From positions 1 through 36,005 of the IMG/VR virus record IMGVR_UViG_3300044674_000827: a stretch of 36,005 nt of DNA. One strand, written 5' to 3'. Source of the stretch: a virus. Taxonomy: Duplodnaviria; Caudoviricetes. Of this stretch, positions 1 through 7,426 are shown one piece after another; positions within the stretch are counted from its first letter, which is position 1, and every line of letters starts with the position of its first letter. The position numbers and the translations under genes were made by a program. The notes under the pieces were generated by a model. That model saw only the letters and a list, made by a program, of their open reading frames with translations. It searched no databases and had not been told where the DNA came from.

Positions 1-2
1 AA

Positions 3-350
3 TTAGATATTCATGGTTCTAACAATAAGTTTTTAGGAAGTCAACGAGCAAATAACTCAGGACACGAACATTCAAACATCACCTATATCTATGGTGATTA
101 CAACGATGTGTACACAAGACAAGAAAGCAACCAAAACAAAACACTCACATTAACAATTAATAACAGCAACAATGATATTGATATGATACAAAAGGGAAGT
201 GCAACTCATAGTGCTACAGTATCAATCAATGGTTTGTATGCTACAGACTTATATATGCTTCAACAAGGAACTACAGCACAAACTTATTCTCTTACGCAAG
301 ATTGTCAAACAGTTGGGGGTTGCTCTGTTTCTGTGACGCAAGGCAACTAA
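3..350 (+). CDS. Curlin-repeat-like protein (CsgA/CsgB-like), 5'-truncated by window edge
   Basis: Frame is open from nt 3 (LDIHGSNNKFLGSQRANNSGHEHSNITYIYGDYNDVYTRQ...). ~23-25 aa beta-solenoid-type repeats with I-x-G-x-x-N...Q pattern, Asn/Gln/Ser/Thr-rich, ending ...SVSVTQGN. Confidence 0.7.
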   Translation, partial: LDIHGSNNKFLGSQRANNSGHEHSNITYIYGDYNDVYTRQESNQNKTLTLTINNSNNDIDMIQKGSATHSATVSINGLYATDLYMLQQGTTAQTYSLTQDCQTVGGCSVSVTQGN

Positions 351-356
351 AATAAG

Positions 357-364
357 TATAAATA
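357..364 (+). promoter_or_regulatory. T4-type late promoter TATAAATA
   Basis: Exact gp55 consensus in the intergenic gap before the lipoprotein gene. Confidence 0.8.
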
Positions 365-401
365 CTTTATGTTAATGGGCATATGCCCGAATTATAGGAA
401 A

Positions 402-686
402 ATGAAAATGTTAAAAACTACATTAAGCATAATAATGTTTGCTCTTTTCGTTCAATCTTGTGCATCAGTTGGTGCTGTGATTGACGGAGGAAAAATGTTA
501 ACGACTGGCGTAGTTGACGCATCAGTCAAAACAGTGGGTGGTGTATCACAAGCAGTATTAAAAGATGCTTCTGATATAACCAAAACAGCATCTGACGCAG
601 TTGGCGGAGTTGTTGATACAGTAGTAGAAGAAGTTGATAGACAAACTGACGAACTACAAAACCCTAAAAAAGAAGAGGGAAAGTAA
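402..686 (+). CDS. Lipoprotein; probably also made as a -1 frameshifted long form ending at 814
   Basis: SD AGGA before ATG 402; signal peptide with lipobox VQSC; amphipathic Ala/Val/Gly/Asp repeats. ATG 369 lies at or upstream of the expected late TSS, so 402 or 408 is preferred. Confidence 0.75.
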   Translation: MKMLKTTLSIIMFALFVQSCASVGAVIDGGKMLTTGVVDASVKTVGGVSQAVLKDASDITKTASDAVGGVVDTVVEEVDRQTDELQNPKKEEGK

Positions 687-735
687 AGTCCTCCTCACCA
701 CAAAAGTCTAATTCAGGCAAAGGTGATGGAGATTT
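677..735 (+). other. Putative -1 programmed ribosomal frameshift signal
   Basis: In-frame heptamer G GGA AAG (677-683) directly before TAA; stem 691-699/722-731 starts 7 nt downstream; -1 frame open to TAG 812-814. Confidence 0.7.
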
Positions 736-806
736 AACTCAAGGTGAAATGTTCTTTATGATTAGAGCAGTTAAACTTTATTGTTCCCAAAATCCAGAGG
801 ATTGTG

Positions 807-1313
807 ATGACTAGGGCACTGGCAATGCTTTGCCTTGCCTTAGTCCCATCAATCCTATATTCCCAAGAGATACTTATCTCAGAACAATATCATCTATCTG
901 ATATTGAACAAGTCATTCTTTCTTACAAAATGCCCATAGAAGATGGTTATCTAGATAACTACTATGTGGAGAATAAAGAATGGACTAAAAAACAAAAAAA
1001 ATTAGCAACTTCATACTTACTTGCGAATGCTGTAGATGTATACCAAACTGTACAAATGACTAATTGTCAGGAGTATGATGAATGTGAGGTATTTGAAATG
1101 AATCCCTTAATAGGGAAAAGACCAAGCGAAGAAAAGATCTATTTACTCAAAGGAACTATGCTTCCTGTACTATTCTTGATGGTGAATAATTTAGATACTG
1201 TTGATAGAACTAGCACATTAAGATGGATAAATAGATTTCAATGGTCAGTGGTAATCTGGAACGATCACCACCTTCGTGACCAATATGGTGTAGAACTCAA
1301 ATACAAGTTCTAA
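807..1313 (+). CDS. Exported/membrane protein, DUF5658-like
   Basis: SD GAGG 797-800; N-terminal signal peptide; D-x-x-x-T...E-x-N-P motif (DVYQT...EMNPLIG); C-terminal ...LKYKF. Confidence 0.55.
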   Translation: MTRALAMLCLALVPSILYSQEILISEQYHLSDIEQVILSYKMPIEDGYLDNYYVENKEWTKKQKKLATSYLLANAVDVYQTVQMTNCQEYDECEVFEMNPLIGKRPSEEKIYLLKGTMLPVLFLMVNNLDTVDRTSTLRWINRFQWSVVIWNDHHLRDQYGVELKYKF

Positions 1314-1423
1314 GATTCTTTCAATATTCGATTCCATACTTTATGGAGTCGTTGTTGCTTTAAAACCTTATCGATTTTCTTATATGCTTTGAGGGCACCA
1401 TACAATATAAAATTTCTTTTCAT
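1310..1423 (-). CDS. Small basic protein, 37 aa (MKRNFILYGALKAYKKIDKVLKQQRLHKVWNRILKES)
   Basis: Not in ORF track. GGGGGG SD-like run 4 nt before ATG on the - strand; stop overlaps the stop of the convergent gene; fills an otherwise empty gap. Confidence 0.55.
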   Translation of the reverse strand: MKRNFILYGALKAYKKIDKVLKQQRLHKVWNRILKES

Positions 1424-1437
1424 GCTTCCCCCCTTTC

Positions 1438-1481
1438 GTAACGAAATCGTAACTTAATAGTAACGAAGTCGTAATAATATA
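1438..1481. repeat. Four 11-bp-period direct repeats with GTAAC core; candidate response-regulator box
   Basis: GTAACGAAATC GTAACTTAATA GTAACGAAGTC GTAATAATATA starting at 1438, 1449, 1460, 1471. Confidence 0.7.
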
Positions 1482-1499
1482 TATAAGAGTTCTAATTCT

Positions 1500-1507
1500 A
1501 ATAAATA
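1500..1507 (+). promoter_or_regulatory. Late promoter variant AATAAATA
   Basis: TAAATA core 5 nt before the cyclase ATG; no SD visible, so possibly leaderless. Confidence 0.55.
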
Positions 1508-1512
1508 CTGAT

Positions 1513-3558
1513 ATGAGTAAATTTGCCAAGTTCTTAACATCTTGGTGGATGTGCTTAGTAGTTATAGCAGGATTAACATCTCTAAGAATATCTGATCCTG
1601 TTCCAGTAGAAACTCTCAGACTTAATTGGTTTGATTGGATTATGAAAACTGAACCTGTACATAGTGATCAGGTGGTTCTCATAGAACTTGGTGAAACAAC
1701 TCTTCAGAATACAGGTTATCCTATCAATAGATCTATTTTGGGTAATTACATTATAGATGTATTCAATCAGGGTGGGTTCGTACTAGGAATTAATACTACA
1801 TTTGCTAATCCATCAAATGCTTCCGATGATGAGTTTCTATCTCAAGTACTCCCATATGGTGGAGTCGTACTTTCACAACTACCATCTATCAAAGGTTTAG
1901 ACAGTAAAGCACCTCATGTCGGTACAGGTACTATCGGTGGTGATGCTTTACCTTATCTATACAACTATCCAGGAATTGTAACCAACATTGACATACTAGA
2001 AGATGTTGCTTTTGGTGTGGGAGTAGCAGTAGCACCAAATGATGTGGATGGTAAAGTAAGGCAAGTTCCAGTTTCTATCAATGTAAATGATAAGATCTAT
2101 CCATCGTTTGCTTTAGAGATGGTGCGTAATTTAACAGGAGAACAATCCTATCAGGTCTTTGTAAATGAGTTAGGCATAGAAGCATTTAGAATACCACCAT
2201 ACGATAAAATAGTTACTGATCAAAATGGTAGATTGTATGTAGATTACAAGTATCACTTTGACAGTTATGAATTGGGTAAAGATACCCTGCCCGATTTATC
2301 AGGCAAAGCAGTGATCATGGGTGTATCCGCAGAAGGCATCGTGCCTCAAGTGAATACTCCATATGGAGCAAAACTCCCTCACGAGATTCAAGCAAACATA
2401 TTACAAACAATGCTAGATGGGACTGTAATTAGTCGTCCATCGCTAGTACTGCTCGCAGAAATAATTTCCAGTCTGGTGCTTGGTCTATTGTTGGTATTGA
2501 TAGTATATCGAAGTCCTCTGGTTGTTCAAATACCTTTGGTTGCTTCTTTAACTCTCGGGAGTTATGCTTTATCTGTTTATAGTTATGATTCTTATAAAGT
2601 TTTGATCGACGCAAGTTTTCCTCTCTTGTCGTTATGGGTTATATTTACTCAAGCATCATTTAATAACTTCTATCGTCAGTTTAGATTAAGACAACAGATT
2701 TCAAAGCAGTTCAGTACATATTTATCACCCAAGTTAGTTAAACAACTACAAAAGAATCCTGAGATGCTACAGTTGGGTGGTGAGACCAAACAAATGACTT
2801 ATCTGTTCTGTGACATTAGAGGATTTACTCCCATAAGTGAACAATATAAAACCGACCCACAAGGATTAACGAAACTTATAAATAGATTCCTTACACCCAT
2901 GACGGATATCATTATAAAGAAAGATGGTATGATCGACAAATACATGGGTGACTGTATAATGGCAGTTTGGAATGCACCCTTAGATATAGAGAACCAAGAA
3001 CATAAAGCAGTGTACTCTGCACTTTATATGCTAAACGATTTGAAAGATTTGAATAAAGAACTTACTGAAGAAGGATTACTGCCCATCAACATAGGTATAG
3101 GGATTAACACAGGAGAGGCAGTTGTAGGAAACATGGGTTCTGATCAAAGATTTGATTACTCAGTACTTGGAGATCCTGTAAACTTGGGAGCAAGATTAGA
3201 AGGACAATCAAAAAGTTATGGTGTAGAATTGGTTGTATCAGAAAACACCAAGCAAGGCATAGATGATGATCATCTAACTTGGATTCTGCTTGACAAATTG
3301 ATTGTTAAGGGTAAGAAAGAACCTGTTAACATCTACACTGTATTTGATATTCCTGTGTACAACCATACTGTTAGGGATATAGAAGATGCTTGGGATGCTT
3401 ATGTAAAAGGAGAGTGGGATAAATCTATCAACATATATTCTAAAATCACCTTTTCACCACTTGAAGATTATAGTAAAATAATGGTATCAAGATGTAAAAA
3501 GATGAAACAATCTAACCCAAGCGATTGGGAAGGCATCTGGGAAGCAACTACAAAATAG
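1513..3558 (+). CDS. CHASE2-domain membrane class III adenylate cyclase
   Basis: N-terminal TM, CHASE2-like extracytoplasmic domain (D-x-DG-x-VR; YPSFALE; TPYG...EIQAN), three TMs, then catalytic motifs LFCDIRGFT, DKYMGDCIMA, GIGINTG, FDYSVLGDPVNLGARLE. Lys/Asp specificity pair indicates ATP. Confidence 0.93.
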   Translation: MSKFAKFLTSWWMCLVVIAGLTSLRISDPVPVETLRLNWFDWIMKTEPVHSDQVVLIELGETTLQNTGYPINRSILGNYIIDVFNQGGFVLGINTTFANPSNASDDEFLSQVLPYGGVVLSQLPSIKGLDSKAPHVGTGTIGGDALPYLYNYPGIVTNIDILEDVAFGVGVAVAPNDVDGKVRQVPVSINVNDKIYPSFALEMVRNLTGEQSYQVFVNELGIEAFRIPPYDKIVTDQNGRLYVDYKYHFDSYELGKDTLPDLSGKAVIMGVSAEGIVPQVNTPYGAKLPHEIQANILQTMLDGTVISRPSLVLLAEIISSLVLGLLLVLIVYRSPLVVQIPLVASLTLGSYALSVYSYDSYKVLIDASFPLLSLWVIFTQASFNNFYRQFRLRQQISKQFSTYLSPKLVKQLQKNPEMLQLGGETKQMTYLFCDIRGFTPISEQYKTDPQGLTKLINRFLTPMTDIIIKKDGMIDKYMGDCIMAVWNAPLDIENQEHKAVYSALYMLNDLKDLNKELTEEGLLPINIGIGINTGEAVVGNMGSDQRFDYSVLGDPVNLGARLEGQSKSYGVELVVSENTKQGIDDDHLTWILLDKLIVKGKKEPVNIYTVFDIPVYNHTVRDIEDAWDAYVKGEWDKSINIYSKITFSPLEDYSKIMVSRCKKMKQSNPSDWEGIWEATTK

Positions 3559-3566
3559 GAATTATT

Positions 3567-3725
3567 ATGGCAGCAAAATTTAGATTGACTAAACATACTC
3601 CTGTGACTCGTAAGAAAACAAGTCAAGGAACTCCAGGCAGAGGTAGACAAGTGCGACAAGCAACATCTACTTTGAATAAGCATAAGAAAAGAGCACAGGG
3701 CAGATATAGAGGTCAAGGACGATGA
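3567..3725 (+). CDS. Small basic protein typical of marine T4-like phages (...YRGQGR)
   Basis: SD AGGA before ATG 3567; KKTSQG...KRAQGRYRGQGR signature. Confidence 0.75.
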   Translation: MAAKFRLTKHTPVTRKKTSQGTPGRGRQVRQATSTLNKHKKRAQGRYRGQGR

Positions 3726-3889
3726 TCAATAATTCTATTATGAATGCTGTTGTAAGAGAGTACAATTTTATGCAAAGAAAAGAAGCATTGACCAGAGCAA
3801 TCGAAAAAGCAACAGATATAGAATTTAAAAATCTTTGGGAAATAAAGTTAAGACAATTAGAACTTTCAAGAGAGAAAGCGACTAAATAG
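3722..3889 (+). CDS. Hypothetical protein, 55 aa (MINNSIMNAVVREY...)
   Basis: Not in ORF track; ATGA overlap with the upstream stop; SD AGGA. Confidence 0.65.
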   Translation: MINNSIMNAVVREYNFMQRKEALTRAIEKATDIEFKNLWEIKLRQLELSREKATK

Positions 3890-3970
3890 TTTTGAGGATC
3901 AGTAGATTCTCAACTTGGTGGCATGCCATTATGGGTGCCAAATTAAAACTTGCTAAAAAGGAGAAAAACG
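3881..3970 (+). promoter_or_regulatory. Late promoter (ACTAAATA) and two-hairpin leader of hsp20
   Basis: ACTAAATA 3881-3888; hairpin 3892-3913 (9 bp); hairpin 3920-3939; SD AAGGAG at ~3958-3963. Confidence 0.55.
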
Positions 3971-4423
3971 ATGGTAACATTTAATACATCAAACCTTATG
4001 TACGGAATCGGTCTAGATTCCTTATTCAACAGATTAGAGATTGCATCTCAAGCAAATTCCTCTACATCATACCCACCCTACAACATCCGCAAAACAGATG
4101 ATGAACATTTCACAATTGAAATAGCAGTCGCTGGTTTTGGTAAGGATGATCTCAAAGTAGAACTCAAAGAACAGACTCTGTTCATTGAAGGAAGCAGAGA
4201 TAAAGAAGACGATGAGTCATTCCTACATAAAGGAATAGCAACTCGTTTCTTTAAAAGATCATTTGCCCTTGCTGAAGATGTGGAAGTAGTTAATGTTGAC
4301 TTGGTCAATGGTATCTTACTCATTGATCTAGAACGCATTATACCAGAAGAAAAGAAACCAAAAATCTTTGATATTGGTGGGAAAATCGCAAAGAAAGCGA
4401 AAAAAACTTTACTTTCTGAGTAA
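3971..4423 (+). CDS. hsp20: Small heat-shock protein (Hsp20/IbpA family)
   Basis: YPPYNI, IEIAVAGF, FLHKGIATRFF-x-RSF-x-L, NGIL-x-IDLERIIPEEKKP motifs; start at ATG 3971 after AAGGAG. Confidence 0.95.
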   Translation: MVTFNTSNLMYGIGLDSLFNRLEIASQANSSTSYPPYNIRKTDDEHFTIEIAVAGFGKDDLKVELKEQTLFIEGSRDKEDDESFLHKGIATRFFKRSFALAEDVEVVNVDLVNGILLIDLERIIPEEKKPKIFDIGGKIAKKAKKTLLSE

Positions 4424-4430
4424 AATCACC

Positions 4431-4459
4431 TTTACAGCACCGACTAAATACAGTACAAT
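4431..4459 (+). promoter_or_regulatory. Sigma70-like promoter TTTACA-N17-TACAAT with an embedded late ACTAAATA
   Basis: -35 at 4431-4436, -10 at 4454-4459; same architecture recurs at 8857 and 28225. Confidence 0.75.
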
Positions 4460-4563
4460 ATATACTGTATGATGATTCGGAAGTTAATTCAAAAGATGCG
4501 AGCACTCTACTACATGTGGAGGGCACGCATCATTTTGTTTAAGTATCGGAAATTCAAATGAAT

Positions 4564-4639
<76 letters not shown>

Positions 4640-4643
4640 ATGT

Positions 4644-4719
4644 GGGGTGGTAGTTCAGTTGGGAGAATGCTTCCCTTGCACGGAAGAGGTCGAGGGTTCG
4701 AGTCCCTCTCACTCCACCA
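4644..4719 (+). tRNA. tRNA-Ala(UGC)
   Basis: Acceptor GGGGTGG/TCACTCC with G3.U70, anticodon TGC, encoded CCA. Confidence 0.95.
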
Positions 4720-4723
4720 CTTT

Positions 4724-4800
4724 GGTCCAGTAGTTCAATTGGTTAGAGCACTGCCCTGTCACGGCAGAAGTTGAGGGTTCGAGTCCCTTCTGGATCGCCA
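4724..4800 (+). tRNA. tRNA-Asp(GUC)
   Basis: Stem CTGCC/GGCAG around CT GTC AC; G73 discriminator; encoded CCA. Confidence 0.95.
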
Positions 4801-4801
4801 T

Positions 4802-4876
4802 GCCCTGTTCGTCTAGTGGTTAGGACACATGGTTTTCATCCATGCAACAGGAGTTCGATTCTCCTACAGGGTGCCA
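4802..4876 (+). tRNA. tRNA-Glu(UUC)
   Basis: Stem CATGG/CCATG around TT TTC AT; short variable loop; encoded CCA. Confidence 0.95.
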
Positions 4877-4901
4877 ATCATAATTGGAGGAAATATATAT
4901 T

Positions 4902-5063
4902 ATGAAAATTGAAGTAGAACAAGTCCAAAATGGATTTATAGTACAGGTTGAATACATGGATGAGTTTAGAAACTTTGTATTCGATAGACAAACTAAAGTG
5001 ATGAGATTTTTAAAAGAGGTATTCTCTGCTAAAGATCCAAGTGTTATTATGAGGACAGACTAA
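4902..5063 (+). CDS. Hypothetical protein, 53 aa (MKIEVEQVQNGFIVQV...)
   Basis: Not in ORF track; SD GGAGG upstream; TAATG overlap with the next gene. Confidence 0.75.
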   Translation: MKIEVEQVQNGFIVQVEYMDEFRNFVFDRQTKVMRFLKEVFSAKDPSVIMRTD

Positions 5064-5581
5064 TGTCAGAATTTGAATTAAAGAATTTTGTACCCAATGT
5101 TAAATTTACATTTAGAGAATTGGGTGAGTTTGTAAAACGAGAAACAGTTGAAATGTTTGGTGGTAAGAGAGTACTTCTATTCTCACTTCCAGGAGCATTT
5201 ACTCCTACATGTTCATCAAAGCAACTTCCAGGATATGAAGAAAACTATTCCAAGTTCATTGAGAATGGTATTGACGAAATCTATTGCTTAAGTGTTAACG
5301 ATGCATTTGTTATGAATGCTTGGTTTGATGCACAAGGTGTGGAAAAAGTCAAAGCATTACCAGATGGCACAGGTCAATTTACTAGATTGATGGGTGCTTT
5401 AGTTGATAAGTCAAACATTGGTTTTGGTATGAGATCTTGGAGATATGCTATGGTCATTAATGATATGGTCGTTGAAAAATCTTTCATAGAACCTAATCAA
5501 AGAGACAATGCTGATGATGATTCTTATGTTGTATCAGATCCTATCACTGTACTCAATTATGTAGAAGGAACTAATTCCTAA
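5063..5581 (+). CDS. Peroxiredoxin (Prx5/redoxin family)
   Basis: LPGAFTPTCS peroxidatic motif, CLSVNDAFVMNAW, GFGMRSWRYAM. Confidence 0.95.
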   Translation: MSEFELKNFVPNVKFTFRELGEFVKRETVEMFGGKRVLLFSLPGAFTPTCSSKQLPGYEENYSKFIENGIDEIYCLSVNDAFVMNAWFDAQGVEKVKALPDGTGQFTRLMGALVDKSNIGFGMRSWRYAMVINDMVVEKSFIEPNQRDNADDDSYVVSDPITVLNYVEGTNS

Positions 5582-6141
5582 TGGCAAATCATGTCTATCA
5601 ATATATAAGCATTGAGGGTAATGATTCTGCTATAAATGAGTGGGTAAGAATCGTCGATTCAATAAAAGAATCTTATCCTATAACTGATAGATGGTTAGAA
5701 CATTATCCAGAGCATTTTGCTAAAGAATTAAACATGCCAGAATACGATGAAGATAAGTCTTATGATTGGTACATCGACAACATAGGTGCTAAATGGGCAC
5801 ACATTACTGATCTAGAAGAATCTTATATTTGTGTGACTTCAGCATGGTCAGTATGTGATGTGTTTTGCAATTTTATTGCTAAACATTTGCAGAAGTTTGA
5901 CGAAGACATAAAGATCGTCAATTATTATGATGATGAGTTTTATAATTTCACAGGTGTTATGGTTACAGAAAGAGACGACATCGTGGATTACGATGAAATG
6001 TCTTGGGATGAGGTTTGTGAAATAAGAAACAATGGCGATACAGAATACAATACCTCTGACGATGAAGAATTTGATGATTGGCTCCAAGAATGGAAGGACA
6101 ATGCATATAGATCCTTAACAGGCAAACAAGAAGATGTTTAA
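5581..6141 (+). CDS. Acidic protein, DUF1281/YubB ferredoxin-like
   Basis: YDW-x-x-x-N-x-G-x-KW and TSAWS motifs. Confidence 0.6.
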   Translation: MANHVYQYISIEGNDSAINEWVRIVDSIKESYPITDRWLEHYPEHFAKELNMPEYDEDKSYDWYIDNIGAKWAHITDLEESYICVTSAWSVCDVFCNFIAKHLQKFDEDIKIVNYYDDEFYNFTGVMVTERDDIVDYDEMSWDEVCEIRNNGDTEYNTSDDEEFDDWLQEWKDNAYRSLTGKQEDV

Positions 6142-6271
6142 ATTTTTAGGTGAAATACTAGACAACATAGTGATGGGTGTCTTTACAATAGTATTACACC
6201 TTTTCCTTCTGGGAGTATTAGTGTTCTTAGGATACTTTGTGTATCTTGCATACTATGACTTGTTTGGATGA
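6134..6271 (+). CDS. Small membrane protein, 45 aa
   Basis: Not in ORF track; MFKFLGEILDNIVMGVFTIVLHLFLLGVLVFLGYFVYLAYYDLFG; overlaps both neighbours. Confidence 0.65.
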   Translation: MFKFLGEILDNIVMGVFTIVLHLFLLGVLVFLGYFVYLAYYDLFG

Positions 6272-7077
6272 TACCTTTACATTTTCCCAACCATTACTTT
6301 GAAACTAATTCTTTAGATTTAAAAGACATATGGTTTGGTTTAACAAAAGCACCCATTGTGATCATTAGAGGTCATAAAGAAACTGTAACAAGAGAATGGA
6401 CATTTGAATTTGTACAGAAACTGGGAAGATTTCGTAATGATGATTTGCAAATTGGATTAGGACAGAGCAAGAAGAAAGATAACTTCTCCAAGTTCAATGT
6501 ATTCCCTTTAGATAATGAAGATAAAGATTACCTCCACAATGGACCTTACATTTCAGCATGGCATAACGATAATCTTTGTTATGCAGATCCACCCAGATTC
6601 AGTATCATAACTTGTGAAAGAGTGGATGGTAACCCACATCCTAATACTGAATTCAAAAATCTTGCTGCTCTTTATAAATACAGTTCTTATAAAGAAGAGG
6701 CAGAGGGTAAAATGTTTACTTATTTCAAGATGGTCGTTAATGCTACCGATGGACAAGATCATGTTGTACGAGCAACAGACAAACATGATCATCCTTTAGT
6801 ACAAGAGTTCTGTGGAATGAAGTATTATTCATTCAATCCAGGATACATTGATAGACAAGAGGATCCAACAGTGTTAGAGGTATGTCAAAAATTACGCAAC
6901 GAAGCATCGAATCCTATGATAGATTATAAGCATGTTTATCAAACAGGTGATGTTGTTATATGGAATCAATTAATGACAAATCATAGGGTGATAAATAGAA
7001 AGGGTGATAAAAGAAGAATTTGCTGGAGAGCAAGTTTTGATGATAACTTAGTAAGGGAATATTATGAGCGAAACTAA
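6268..7077 (+). CDS. TauD/TfdA-family Fe(II)/2-oxoglutarate dioxygenase
   Basis: WHND (HxD), GDVVIWNQ-x-x-x-x-HR distal His, RRICWR 2OG-binding Arg. Confidence 0.85.
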   Translation: MIPLHFPNHYFETNSLDLKDIWFGLTKAPIVIIRGHKETVTREWTFEFVQKLGRFRNDDLQIGLGQSKKKDNFSKFNVFPLDNEDKDYLHNGPYISAWHNDNLCYADPPRFSIITCERVDGNPHPNTEFKNLAALYKYSSYKEEAEGKMFTYFKMVVNATDGQDHVVRATDKHDHPLVQEFCGMKYYSFNPGYIDRQEDPTVLEVCQKLRNEASNPMIDYKHVYQTGDVVIWNQLMTNHRVINRKGDKRRICWRASFDDNLVREYYERN

Positions 7078-7426
7078 AGATGTGATGCTAAATCACAATA
7101 AACTATTTTATAAGAAAGGTGAGAATCCTTTATTTGATGATGGTGTCTATACTATTGTAGAAAATCCAAATGAAGATGATGCTGCCATAAGAATCAATAT
7201 TGATAAATACAAAGGAATCGTATATCAATATGGCAGAGTTTCATTTGTAGAAGGAGAACGAGAACTACAATTTGAAAGAACTATAAGACATCCTGCTGAT
7301 CATGATATTGAAGAGTTGTATAAAAACATGGAACTCCAAGCATTAATGGGTGACATACTCGTAGAAATCATACTTAATCAAGTTAAAAATGAACAACAAA
7401 ATCAAACCAACGAAGGTGACAAGTGA
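7064..7426 (+). CDS. Conserved T4-like phage hypothetical protein
   Basis: AIRI...YKGIVYQYGRVSF...MGDILVEII pattern; coupled overlaps. Confidence 0.7.
   Translation: MSETKDVMLNHNKLFYKKGENPLFDDGVYTIVENPNEDDAAIRINIDKYKGIVYQYGRVSFVEGERELQFERTIRHPADHDIEELYKNMELQALMGDILVEIILNQVKNEQQNQTNEGDK

Noticed and set aside
1438-1481. CRISPR array or replication iterons
   Set aside because: Only four 11-bp units with no spacers, and no cas or rep gene.
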